A stretch of 64,000 nt of DNA, taken from positions 16,616,001-16,680,000 of the forward strand of contig CP075494.1 of the NCBI GenBank assembly GCA_021613535.1. Direction: 5' to 3'. Made by a program: the position numbers and the translations under genes. Source of the stretch: Adineta vaga. Taxonomy: Eukaryota > Animalia > Rotifera. Below the pieces are notes generated by a model that saw nothing but the letters and a program-made list of their open reading frames with translations, had not been told where the DNA came from and made no database searches. Shown here piece by piece: positions 11,923-24,545 of this stretch. Position 1 is the first letter of the stretch. Each line of letters begins with the position of its first letter.

Positions 11923-14900
11923 ATGTTGCTTCTATATTGGATGATTCAGCTCTTGTTCTTATCTATGTCGTCATCGCTATACATATACCAAACCAATTTT
12001 TATCCTAATATATTCGATAATTATTGTATTGTTTTTGAAGAATCCGATTTTCCAGACTCGATTGTACCTATACAAACATCTATGTACTATTGCTTTCGTC
12101 TAAATTCTACTTTATCATTAGCATCATCGATCAAACAACTAAAATCAAATCGAACGCTTTCGTTCAGTGATATGCGAAAACGAAACTTTACTGTAGATCA
12201 ACTACTTGATCAGTCAATTGTTTTGATTGATCAAGTTGAAAATTATCAAATTTATCTACTTAACAAGACCAACGAAGAAGATCAGTTTTATAGCAATTGC
12301 GCATTGCCCACATTTGGAAAATTATGTGAATCAATTTTTTATAGCTGTTAATCGATCATTCGCGGAACAATTGAAAATAGCACTTTTGATTCCCGAATCT
12401 ATATTCTCCAAGTAAGAAACCATTATCATTAAAGTTTTTTTTTCTTTTCTCTTCTCGAGAACATATCCTTTTCCTCGATATTATAAACAATATGAAGTCA
12501 GTTTTACCACAGGAATTAACTCCGACAAAGATTAGTCCGATCCTATAACATATGTGAGAATGAGAATCAAACTATTTTAATTGAAACCGATACATTTCAT
12601 CGAGTAGTTTAACACGACTCGATTCCAAAAACATTCTATATCGTGAAATAGAATCTCTATTCTTTTATTTTGTGAATATAGATGGAATTGGATCAAAAAC
12701 GATTCTCATAAAATCAGTATCGATGATGTTCCCTGCTATGTACATATTCATTGTGAACTTCCTCCTGGACGTTACTGTCTCGATTGGCGCGAAATATGCA
12801 ATGGAAAAGTTGAATGTTTGAACGATGGAATAGATGAAAAAAATTGTTTTGAATTTGAATTTAGCGAGTGTTCATTAGATGAATATCGTTGTCATAATGG
12901 TATGCAATGTATCTCTAGTCAATTTTTCGAGATACATCCATCTTACCTGATTGTTTGGATAGCTCAGATGAGAAAATACTTGACGTTATTCGTCAAGAGT
13001 GTTTCTCTAATCCATCAATGCTTTGTACTGATTATACATGTCCGTATGCATCTTTTTCTTGTACAGATGGTGTATGTGTAACGTTTGGTAGATGTCCTAA
13101 TCAACGATATAAAACTTGGCAACTCACAATGTTTCATCGACCATTACTGATCAACAAAACTTGTTGGGAGTTGTTAGATTGTTTGACACATAATTACATA
13201 AATATGTCACGATCTAATTGTGGTCGTTTACCAGTCACACAGATAATATGTCCATCTATTGTAGTTTATCCGACTTATCCGATAGCATTTGGACATGTCT
13301 ATTTCGTTATTTCAATTGATCGGATGATATATATTTCTAGTGATGAAAGTCGTATATTGGTACCAACATACATCTGCTACAACAGGACTCTTTGTCCTAT
13401 GTTGATACCCACACATCGACTTGGTCAATCACTTCCGACTTGTAATTATTTTTTCGATTTACCATTCGAGAAGAACACTATAATAAAAAAGAATTGGGAA
13501 GGTCTTTATTATGAGATTCATCGTTTGTTTTCTCAATGTCTTTCACACGATCAATTACGTCATAGTCATCTAATCGATTCATCTCCAACTTATGAATGTG
13601 CACAAACAAAGAAGATCATTTCTACAAACAGAATTCTTGATGGTATTCACGATTGTTTTCATAGAGATGATGAAACATATGAAAGATCTTGTTTAATTCA
13701 ACCTGTTAATCAACGAATTTCTTGTCAGCATTCATCTTCTGATAAATGTTTCTCTCCATTACTACTTCAAAATGCTAGTTTTATTTGTAAAGATTTAGAT
13801 TCTAAACAAACTATAAAGGAGAGAGTATCTATCAATTATCAAACACTCTGTGATGGATTTGCAGATCTTGAATTACAAAATATTGATGGTATTAATCAAA
13901 ATGATGAAACTCATTGCAATCAGTGGTCGTGCAACAATACATATACACATTGTAATGGTTTTTGGAATTGTTTGAATGGTTGGGACGAACTTGGTTGTGA
14001 TGTGAATGTAACTAAAATGTGTGGATCAATGTCTCACCAATGTTTGGATATCAATACTGGAGAACTTATCTGTTTAGATGTATCAAGAGCTAACAATTAT
14101 ATTACAGATTGTCTAGGTGGTTATGATGAACGTCAATTTTGTCGTTTACAACGAGGAGAAAGTCCATCACATCGAATTTTATGTTCTAACGAGCCGGACT
14201 GCATATCAACTAGCTCGATATGTGATAGAGTAAACGATTGTGTGGTAGACTTAGATGAAAAATATTGCACTCGAATATTTGCTAATCATCCTTCTGGCGA
14301 ACCAAAATATCCAATAAGTGTATGCGATACAGAATATTTATCAAAATCAAGTGATCCATTTTTACATTACATATGCAGTTTGGATGAAACGAACAGACGA
14401 TCAATTGTACATTTTTCATTTAGTAGATCGAGTGACCGATTAAAACGATCGATCACAAATGATATTATTTCTATAGATGATTTGGTATATTATCCATTTG
14501 ATTTCGATGACTGGGAAAATTTAGATGAAGTCCCAATCCGACGATTTTGTCACAGAGGTTTGCCAATTCGACGTACTGATTCGTCCGAACTTTTTTGTCT
14601 CTGTCCACCGAGCTATTATGGAGAACGATGTGAATATGAAAATCAACGGATATTTATAACTCTTCAATTTCGTGTAGAAGCCGATTGGAAAAATGTTTTT
14701 ATTATTTTCACTACTTTGATCAACAATCAAACACAAGAAATCGAAGCATCCGATCAATTTCAATATTTATCAATTCGAGATTGCAATACGAAGTTTAACT
14801 TCTATCTACTCTATCGAACGCGACCAAAATATCCTAATACGGACTTCTACATACGAATCAATGTTTACCATGCGAAAGATTTGCAATTTCACGTTAGTTG

Positions 14901-16953
14901 GTATTTTCCACTTCGATTTCGTTTTCTACCTGTACATCGACTTGCCGTTCAATTAATTATTCCAATGAGTACTACTGATACTCGGTGTTTACTCGATTGC
15001 GGTATACATGGTCATTGTACTTATGATTTAAATCGAAATCAAGGGCCACCATATTGTCGATGTGATCATGGTTGGTCAGGATCTAGATGTAATATGAAGT
15101 TGAATTGTCTATGTAATTTGAATTCATTCTGTGCTGGCATTTTATCACAGAATGGTTCGTCAATTTGTATATGTCCCCTAGGATATTATGGATCTCGTTG
15201 TTATCTTCAACATCATTCATGTCTTCAAGAATCATGTTCTCAACATGGGCTATGTATTTTTACTGTTGCTCGTGTGAATACAGTTAAACAATTCAAATCA
15301 TGGATGTGTTTATGTGACAAGCATTATTATGGCACTCGATGTGAACATGTTGCACCGAAGATCGAAGTGGTCCTACATGATCTACCTATATTACCTCCAT
15401 TCGTAATGGCTTATTTTATCAGTGTAACAGGAAAAGAAACACCACTTGTATCAAATGAGATTGCTAAAGTATTATTCGATCGAAATTCTGTCATCTTTCG
15501 AACTTTTCAATCCATAAATTTAATGTTTATCCAGTACGAGAATGCCTACTATCTTGTACTAAACCAAGCTACGCCAGTACTAAACCAATCGTTAAAAGTC
15601 GATATGTACCTGTCACAGCGTTGTTTACCTATCGAGGATGTCATTCAAGATGCGACTATTCTCAAATACAATTATCTTCGTTTAGTAAAATATTATCAAA
15701 ATGTGTGTGAGAATAAATCGAATCTTACTTGTTTTTATGATCGAATTGAATTCATGTGTCTTTGCAATAAACTGAGTGATCATGGTGACTGTTTCCAATT
15801 TAATTTTCAAACAAAACATGATTGTCATGGTCTGAACTATTGTAAAAATGGAGGCGAGTGTTTTCTCGATGTTTCTCATTGTCCAACTCAGTCTTTATGC
15901 GTATGTCCAGCTTGTTATTATGGAAGTCGATGCCAATTTTCTACTAATGGAATCGGTCTTTCTCTAGATGCAATCATTGGATACTATATTCAATCACATG
16001 TCAGTTTATTACAACAACCAATACCTGTAAAGATTAGTATATCAATCACAGTCTGTCTGTTATTTACTGGTTTAATTGGAAATATCTTGACGATAATAAC
16101 TTTTTCATCTAAAAAATTGCGAGATACAGGTTGTGGATACTATTTATTATTGAATTCAGTTATTTCATTAAGTAGTATGATACTCTTAACAATGAAAGTC
16201 GTTTTTCTTTATCTAATCAAAACAAGTTCGATAGAAAACGAAACCTTTTTGAAATATTCCTGTATTTTTTCATGGGACTTTTTCATTCGTATTTGTTTAA
16301 ATAGTGGTGATTGGTTGAATGCATGTGTTGCTACTGAACGAGTTATAATCTTATTCAAAGGTCTGAAATTGAACAAAAGAAAACGTCGTCGTGCAGCTAA
16401 ATGGATAATTTTAATCATTTTATTCCTCACCATTGTTACAGCTCTTCATGATCCATTTAATCGAGAAATTATTCATGATGAACAAGAACAACATATCTGG
16501 TGTATGGTTACCTATTCAAATCACTTACAAGTATACAATTCTATAGCGCTCATTGCACATTTTCTTCTTCCCTTTACCATCAATATTCTTAGTGCCCCAT
16601 TGATCATTTTTATACTTTCAAAACAACGTTCACTTGCTCAACAACAATTAAGCTTTATAAATCATCTTTTACAACAATGGAAAGAACACAAACATCTACT
16701 TATTTCATCATTGATTCTTTTCCTGTTAGCCTTACCACGATTGATTATTGCTCTTCGAACCAGTTGTATGAAATCTCTTAAAGATCCATATATATTTCTG
16801 GTTGCTTATTTTATGGCATTTCTACCACCAGCATTGATATTCTTTGTATTTGTTTTACCTTCATCAACTTATATGAAGAGTTTTCGCAAGAAACTTACTC
16901 GATACAAACAGTTCTGGTTACGAACATGTTTCTGTAATGAAAGACAAGACTAG
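11923..16953 (+). CDS. LDL-receptor class A / EGF-repeat ectodomain plus rhodopsin-like 7TM receptor; two frameshifts in T-runs
   Basis: Signal peptide, CLDWREICNG, CPPSYYGERC, 7TM with ATER motif. Frameshifts in T-runs near 12340 and 12925; probable intron at about 12412-12681. Paralog of 24546..29006. Confidence 0.75.
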
Positions 16954-17099
16954 GTTGACTATATATAATTATATATATATATATAGTGCATTGAAATAAA
17001 ACTTTTATTTTTATTCGTTCCAATAACTGAGAGATAATTTTACATTGAACAGAATACTACATGCACGAAATGATTGTACAAGTCATTTTCTATCATTTC

Positions 17100-17414
17100 A
17101 ATAAGCTAGATCAGAATTATTTGTTCGTGGTTAGAATATGAATATGCATAAATTGTCCATCAGATACTTACGCCCTCCTTTATGGTACAAGTTCAAGAAG
17201 AACTTTCGAATAGTTATCTATAAATGTGAGTTTTCCTGCATAAATTTTATTAAGAAATTTGTAAAAAATTTCAACTTCGGTAAAAACCCTCATAATGTAC
17301 AATTAAAATTATTCATTCGGATTTACTGGCCCTTTTCTGAAAGAATGATAACAGTGCTCAGTAAAGCCCCAAGCTGGATCAGGACTTGACCGGATCCCAG
17401 TACGAGCAAACTAG
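17100..17414 (+). mobile_element. Possible Helitron 3' remnant
   Basis: Hairpin CTGGATC...GATCCCAG (17374-17400) about 10 nt upstream of CTAG|T (17411-17415); 5' end not identified. Confidence 0.35.
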
Positions 17415-18066
17415 TATTTTTCATCTTTTCACCATTTCAAAGTATCATTAAATCATTTATTGAAAGAGAAAAGCAAAAACAAGTAATGTTTATAAACATT
17501 CATAGATCTGATCGCTTGATACTTCTCAAAAATACATCACCCATATTTTTTTTCTTCCTATAGTGCTCTTAAACAAACGTCTAATCGTTCGTCGGTCTCC
17601 CTTTGGTCTTCTCTTCAAAAGATGTCAATGTATGTTGCGCTGTGGGATTGGATGGAATTGACGTGTAAATATGTTACCCTCGCTCTCACCCCACCATTCA
17701 AGACATATTATAAGTATTAAGTCGAGAAATTTCACGTAATTTTAAGTTAAATCGTATGACTCACCCCTAGACTACTTTTCCATGTGTTGTATTCATCTAT
17801 ATAGTCATTAACTTATTTATTACACTGTATAAAATGATCATCAAGATCAACAGTAGAACATGTGATCTGTTGAGCGAAGAAAACTCGACATATTGGGATC
17901 AAAAGAAAGATTAACAATATTAAGTTCAAAAATTAAATACATTGATATTTCACATCAAAATTTATTGTGTATTCGTTTTGTGTTTGAATCTAATTTGATT
18001 AATCAAACTGAAAATGAAAAATAAAAAAGAAGAATGTCATTTTTATGTTGAAAGTTCTACTGTTTA

Positions 18067-18996
18067 TTATTGCGCTTGTCGTACTATATTCATTCGTTTC
18101 CTTAGAGAATCTTTAAGTGAATCAGTAAACCAAAATAATGTTATCATAACTGATAAAATTGCACTTTGAAAAAACATATAAGCAATGCGATGAGCATATT
18201 TTGGTGCTCTATTTAGAACACTCATAAACCAAATTAATGTATGTGGAAAACAAATGACAATTAGAATTGTAATGGTTATAACTATTTGTCGAACCATTTT
18301 AAGTTCACGTCGTGCTCGAACCAGATTATTAGAAGTCATTAGATTCTTACTCATCTGCTTAACATGTCTAATTAATCGAAAATATAAATATATAATAGAT
18401 AAAACTGGAATTAAAAAGCCAATAATTAATGCATAAACTACAACCCAAGAAAATGTACTAGGGAATTGACAGGTTTGAACTTCAACTTCGTAAATGATTG
18501 CACCAGGATAGAAGAATGGAATGGCACATAATATACAAAATATCCAAGATAGACAAATCAATAAAGTTTGAATTCGAAATGATTGCCAAAATAAACGAGT
18601 TGGATAAATAACGAGAATATATCGATATATAGCTTGTAAAAAGAATGAACAATTGAGGGTACCATACGATGTATATCCTATATAAGCTCGAATAATGCAA
18701 AATGGATCTTGATATTCAATTTGTTTAAGATCGTTTTGAAATGTAAATAAAGTCATACTAAATGCAGTACAAGCACATGTACATGCACATACACATGTAT
18801 TAGCTATAAGCATCATTGGAACTGTATGACATGTTTTATTCAGAACGATAATGAATAGGAAAAGAATACTGAGGATAATAATCGATGTAGTGCATAAAAT
18901 CATGTAAATAGTGATGGGTAAAAACCATAATTGATAAGATATGATTGTCATGTTTTTAGATAATAAGTCTGATTGATTGAATTCAGTCAGGCGCAT
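18067..18996 (-). CDS. Orphan rhodopsin-like GPCR
   Basis: 7 hydrophobic segments, QAIYRY (DRY-equivalent), extracellular-loop Cys; start codon uncertain (ORF is open to 19095). Confidence 0.8.
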   Translation of the reverse strand: MRLTEFNQSDLLSKNMTIISYQLWFLPITIYMILCTTSIIILSILFLFIIVLNKTCHTVPMMLIANTCVCACTCACTAFSMTLFTFQNDLKQIEYQDPFCIIRAYIGYTSYGTLNCSFFLQAIYRYILVIYPTRLFWQSFRIQTLLICLSWIFCILCAIPFFYPGAIIYEVEVQTCQFPSTFSWVVVYALIIGFLIPVLSIIYLYFRLIRHVKQMSKNLMTSNNLVRARRELKMVRQIVITITILIVICFPHTLIWFMSVLNRAPKYAHRIAYMFFQSAILSVMITLFWFTDSLKDSLRKRMNIVRQAQ

Positions 18997-19469
18997 TTTG
19001 AAGCAAAAATCTTTGAAATAAGTATAAAAGAAAACTTTTTCTTTAATGGAATGTTTGAAAGCTTTTTTCCTTTTTTCTTTTAGAAAGATGAACACATAAG
19101 CAGAAAAAATAAAACAAACTTATCTTGAAGAATCTATTGAAACCAAGGTTGATAAATTTTTCCTGAGCACCTTCAAAGAAAATAGTAAATTTGGCGAGAC
19201 AGAAATGTTTTACTCTGTATGACTCATACAAATGCAAAATAATTATTTAGAAGGTATGCTCAAACAAAAGACTGTTGGATTTCAAACTCGATTAGCTACC
19301 GATATTGAATTATTTCATAATATTTTAATCGGTCATGGGTGTGTTGATATTTGACGAAAAAGAATAATACTCAGATTCATATTCAAACTAGAAACTACTG
19401 TTTACTCTATTGTCAGATGTGAATAACCATTGCGAATTTCGTTACAAACATCATAGGAAAAGTGTAAAT

Positions 19470-19537
19470 TGGTGTGTTAGTGATGATTGCAAGAGGTGTA
19501 CTGATACCCGTACCAACCCACACCCTCACCCATCAAG
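19470..19537. repeat. Telomere-like palindrome copy (degenerate left arm)
   Basis: Right arm CCCACACCCTCACCCATCAAG. Confidence 0.5.
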
Positions 19538-20208
19538 AGAACACGCTAGAAATGTAAGGAATAGAAGAGAACGATCATATATGGATAATACCATGATACC
19601 ACTTGATCTTATGGCATGCCAAGTACGTGCCATAACATAAATAAATCTTTATTCTTTATAGAATAAAGAGTAAAGAAATGTTTTTTCAATCGTCGATAAA
19701 CATATAAGTAATTGAGATAACAATAAGAAATATTGATTAGGTGACGCATAAAAGATTTATAAACTAAAGGTAAAAGAACGTCCCTAATCCGTACCTCGTT
19801 TTTTTTTGTATCTCAGATTTGTCTGACTTTGGTATTACCTGTCAACACAGACATAGACGCATTTAAATACAAGAAGGAAATTACTTTTACGGTTGTCATT
19901 TACAATAAAATACTATTCAGGTACGTTCTTACCTTCGGTGTTTATTTGAATTCAAATTCTCTTATATTAAACAAAGGTAAAATCACACTTATAATAAATA
20001 TTTTGAATTTTACTTATTTTTTGAAAACAATTAAAAGACATTTCGATGACAATATCTATCCTATAAAGTCGAATATGAATATTGTAAACTACGTTCCATA
20101 GATTTGAAAAATATAATATTTCAAGATTTGACTTGTATTCGATCTTGAATAAGACAGCAATTGAATTTGATACTCTAATTATCTTTCTTGCTTTTAAGAA
20201 AAAGTGTC

Positions 20209-21249
20209 ATGCCGTCTAACAACATTCTGATCAATAAACTGAACGACGCATCATCGGTAACTGTAATAGTTCTATCATTAATTAGTATTACATCAGGTGG
20301 AATTGGATTCATATTTAATTTTCTTGTATTCAGTCGAGCATCAATGCGCCGGGAACCATGTGCTGTCTATTTTTTCTGGTCAACATGTTTTAGTTTGATT
20401 TATGTGCTCGTTATACAGCCTGTGCGTCTTTTAGCTGTAAGCTTCAGTCTAGATCAAGCTAATTATAACCTTGGAATCTGTAAAGTAGAATTCTTTACAT
20501 TCTATGTGACGCGTTCAGTATCCTCTTGGTTAGTTGTCTTAGCATGTATCGATCGATATTTTCACAGTTCAACAAATGCACATATTCGTCGAATGAGTTC
20601 ATTAAAGACAGCAAAGATGAGTATCGTAATCACCAGTATTATAATCTTCATTGTACACATTCACATACTTGTTTATTATGAACTAAGTTATTCATCGAAC
20701 CAATATGGCACTATAACATCATCGTGCCCTGGCCAGAATATTACCTATCGTACATTCATTGGATTTTGGAATTTGGTTTTATATTCATTTTGTCCATCTG
20801 TCTTAATGCTTTTCTTTGGTCTTCTTACTCTCAAAAATGTTCGCAAGCACTGTCTTGTGATTCCAGTAGGTGTTGAAACTAAACGAATTTCTCGACGAAC
20901 AGATACTCAACTGTTTCGTATGTTAATTGTTCAAGTACTCGTGATCTTCATCTGTACTTTACCAATATCGATTTATCAACTTTACGCAGGATTCACTAAA
21001 AGTATTTCCAAAGATACACTTCGAATTGCTCAAGAAAATTTAGGACGTCAAATTGCAAGTGTAATGACATATTATGCTCATTCAAGTACTTTTTATTTAT
21101 ATACACTGGTAGGTACAACTTTTCGAAAAGAACTTTTCAAGATTATTCGACAATGTTTGTGTCCAAGTCGAAATGCTGTTGCGGCGACTAAATTTCAAGC
21201 ACACACAATCTCAATTTTACATAAAACTCAACGAAACATACCATCTTGA
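20209..21249 (+). CDS. Orphan rhodopsin-like GPCR
   Basis: 7TM, CIDRY, FYLYTL motifs; ATG at 20209. Confidence 0.85.
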   Translation: MPSNNILINKLNDASSVTVIVLSLISITSGGIGFIFNFLVFSRASMRREPCAVYFFWSTCFSLIYVLVIQPVRLLAVSFSLDQANYNLGICKVEFFTFYVTRSVSSWLVVLACIDRYFHSSTNAHIRRMSSLKTAKMSIVITSIIIFIVHIHILVYYELSYSSNQYGTITSSCPGQNITYRTFIGFWNLVLYSFCPSVLMLFFGLLTLKNVRKHCLVIPVGVETKRISRRTDTQLFRMLIVQVLVIFICTLPISIYQLYAGFTKSISKDTLRIAQENLGRQIASVMTYYAHSSTFYLYTLVGTTFRKELFKIIRQCLCPSRNAVAATKFQAHTISILHKTQRNIPS

Positions 21250-21311
21250 GGGTGTGGGCTTTGGAACTGGAACACCTACCCAGCCACATAGACACCCACA
21301 CCCACCCTCAA
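21246..21311. repeat. Telomere-like palindrome copy overlapping the GPCR stop codon
   Basis: TTGAGGGTGTGGG...CACCCACACCCACCCTCAA; its TGA (21247-21249) is the stop codon of the upstream GPCR. Confidence 0.8.
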
Positions 21312-21459
21312 CAAAAGAAATTTATAAAAATTGGAGGGGGAGGGTGTCCCCCTCCCCCCCCCCCACCCGGTCGCGTCATCATTATTTAATTCATTAATAA
21401 ATGTCTCTGGATCTTTTACTTTTCGAAATAAGTTTTTTGTACGTTCGTCAAATGGAAAA

Positions 21460-21950
21460 CTTCCATGAATATAATCAGTTTACCGTTATTGGATGTGAGT
21501 TGACTATGAAAACCTTTAAAATCAATCGAGTGCTTTTCACGTGTTAATAAATGAACAAGAAATCATACTTTTCAAGAAAATACGATTATATAGAGAATAA
21601 TCAATTGATTGACTAAATGTAACAACATCCATACATACTGTATTTATATTTACAAATGAATCAACACCTCTAAAACAAAAATATATGCAGAAGATGTCAT
21701 TTTAGTTTGAGTTACGTCTTTTTTATGGTATCGAACACGTTGCAACATAGACAATTAATATTATTGAATTTCAATACTTGCCGATGATGTATATTTCGTT
21801 GTTTATTTTATTCAATAACCATTTGAATTCTAAACCAGGATCACAACCCATATCAACTATGTGATGATATGATTGAAGTTCTAATGCATTTGTATATAAC
21901 TGTGAAGTGAAGATTGTATTCACATATTTCGATGCTATTATATTGATGAA
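21460..21950 (-). pseudogene. Degraded class I SAM-dependent methyltransferase
   Basis: Minus strand reads ALELQSYHHIVDMGCDPG (motif I-like), then CMDVVTFSQ..YNRIFLKSMI and KGFHSQLTSNNGKLIIF, with stops and frameshifts. Confidence 0.5.
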
Positions 21951-22570
21951 AAGTAATACTTTTTCTTGTTAAATCTCTTCATCTCTTTGTCAAAACAAAA
22001 AATCTCCTGATCAGTTTCTAATTGAAAATCAAAGATCTTATCAAAAATCATCATTGCAACTTAGAGTTCACTAAACTAACCGAGTATCCGTATTTGGTTC
22101 TGAAATTCCGATGCAACGACATCTATCAAGATGGAAATTCTAAAAGTACAGAAAACTAATTATTCTCCGGTCGTTTTTTTTCCAAATTCAATTACTAAAC
22201 AAATTAATTAATATTTGTAGAGCGAGAGAAACATATGAACTGTTAAGTTTTTTTGAATGATGATGAAAATATAATTATTAAAATGTTCTTTGTTTCTTTT
22301 TCTTTTCAATTATCATTTCTATTTTTGATTAAATAAAAGATTTCTATAAGAATATAGGAAATGAAATTATTTTTTACAAGTAACATTCGTTAAGAGACTC
22401 TCTTGACATTTTCTTGATAGAAATCATGTTCTACTAATCTTTCCATTTATACAATTTGTAAAAACTAAGATATTAAATTTAGAATTTTCAAATCGTATTG
22501 CTCTTCGATTAAATTATTACAAAGAAAAAGAAAAGAATCTCTAATCGTTTTATTTTCATTTGTTATTATC

Positions 22571-23554
22571 ATGTCTGACGATTCAATGTATGATTTGGCA
22601 ATGAATATTTATGATACAACAGTTCATATAGCAGAAATCCTTCCACCAATTCAATTTATTTTTGGAACATTCGGAAATATATTTAATATTATTCTTTTTA
22701 CTCGTCCTAATCTACGTATTAATCCATGTTCAATATATTTTTTAGTTGGTTCAATTAATAATTTATTATTTATTTATTTATTTGCTTTAATTGATTATCT
22801 TTCAACTGTTTGGAATATAAATTTACCTGACAATACCAATTTATTATGTAAATTAAATATTATTATTCGATATTTACCATTTTCTCTTCTTTTATGGTTT
22901 AATGTTCTTGCAAGTATTGATCGATTTTTATCAAGTTCACGTATTGTACGATTACGTCAATTAAGTAATTTGAAAATATCAAAACGAATAATTATAAGTA
23001 TTTATATAATATTTCTTCTAATTAATATACATATGATTATATTCTTTGAACCAATTCCAGTTTATGATGATTATATTTGTGGTGTAAATTCTAATGAATA
23101 TTTGATTTTCTATAGTTTTTTTGGACCTATTATATATTGTATTTTACCAATTATTTTAATGTGTATATTTGCTATTTTGATTATATATAATGTTCACAAT
23201 ACTCGTAATCGTATTTTTCCAAATGTTGATAATAAACGATATAATCGTTTACGTTCTAATGATCGTCAAATGATTAGAATGTTATTATTTCAAATATTTA
23301 TTACTATTCTTATTTCATTTCCATATATGGGTACTAATATGTATTATGCATTAGTTATAGTTAAGTTTAATTATACTCTTTCAATATTAGAAATATCAAT
23401 TTATAATTTTACTAGTGTTTTATCCAAATATCTTTATCATAGTAATCTTTTTATTGGATTTTACATTTATACATTGACAAGTATCAAATTTCGCAAGGAA
23501 ATGAAACATTGTTTCCAATTGGGATTGAATGTTATTACTAATAGACAAATCTAA
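22571..23554 (+). CDS. Orphan rhodopsin-like GPCR
   Basis: GTFGNIFN in TM1, SIDRF, FYIYTL; 327 aa. Confidence 0.85.
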   Translation: MSDDSMYDLAMNIYDTTVHIAEILPPIQFIFGTFGNIFNIILFTRPNLRINPCSIYFLVGSINNLLFIYLFALIDYLSTVWNINLPDNTNLLCKLNIIIRYLPFSLLLWFNVLASIDRFLSSSRIVRLRQLSNLKISKRIIISIYIIFLLINIHMIIFFEPIPVYDDYICGVNSNEYLIFYSFFGPIIYCILPIILMCIFAILIIYNVHNTRNRIFPNVDNKRYNRLRSNDRQMIRMLLFQIFITILISFPYMGTNMYYALVIVKFNYTLSILEISIYNFTSVLSKYLYHSNLFIGFYIYTLTSIKFRKEMKHCFQLGLNVITNRQI

Positions 23555-23809
23555 TAGATATTATAAAAGAGTGGAAAAGATCAAACTGATTCAACATTAT
23601 AATTTTTCTATTAAAATGAAAATCAGACATTTCATATATATATATTGTCATTAAGTGTATGAATTATCGATTGTTCAATAAATTGCTGTTTATTCTCTAT
23701 CTCGACTTTATATTCTATTGTTTATTATTTGAGACTAATAATCAATTTTCTTTTGAAGAGTTATACACAATACATCAGATAATTAGATACTTTTCATTTA
23801 AATGAATAG

Positions 23810-23869
23810 TTGAGGATGGGTGTGGTGTGGGTGTGGGTGAAGGAGATATACCCACAACCACACCCTCAA
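23810..23869. repeat. Telomere-like palindrome copy
   Basis: TTGAGGATGGGTGTGGTGTGGGTGTGGGTG...CCCACAACCACACCCTCAA. Confidence 0.8.
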
Positions 23870-24545
23870 TTTTATCTTAAGTCATGATGAATATCGAATA
23901 GAAACAAAATATGACGTTGCCATCAAGCACTTGTAGTAGAAGATCTCTGTAAATCTTTGTATACTAAAATATTATGCAGAAGAAAACGTTTCACTCATTT
24001 CTCAATATAAAAATTTCAAAATGAAGTATAATATTTTATGAAAAGATGTCGATAATTCTCGTTTCTAGACTCTATTCTTACAGTCTAGAGAATATGAAGA
24101 AAAAAAAGTGATATGTACACTTAGAAAGAAATGGAGGAAACATAATGGAAATGAAATAATTTATCTGTGTTAATTTCTTTGAATGTGAATATGAACGGAA
24201 GATAAAAAAGCATATGTTCTTCTTTTATTCGATAAACAATCCGTTTCTGACATCAAATGTGTTTCTATGGCGTGATATGGATAATCATTGCCCTTGCTTC
24301 TTTCTTTGTTCCCTTCTAAAAACAACTCTCACGATAAAAATACTAATGCAATCATGAAAATTGATATAGTCATAGAGAAAAACTATTTACTATCAGTTTT
24401 ATTTCCTCTCTTGAGATAATTTATTTTCAGATAAAAAAAAAATCGTGATATTTATACAGCCTTAAAAGCCCAAATGTCGCATAGATTCTTTCGAAAAAGA
24501 AATAAAACAAAGAGTTATTGTTCATTTTAATATCTTGAATTAAAC

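Noticed and set aside
12330-12930. Programmed or compensating frameshifts in the first LDLa-GPCR
   Set aside because: Both shifts are single-base changes in T homopolymers with stops in between. Sequencing error or recent pseudogenisation is simpler.
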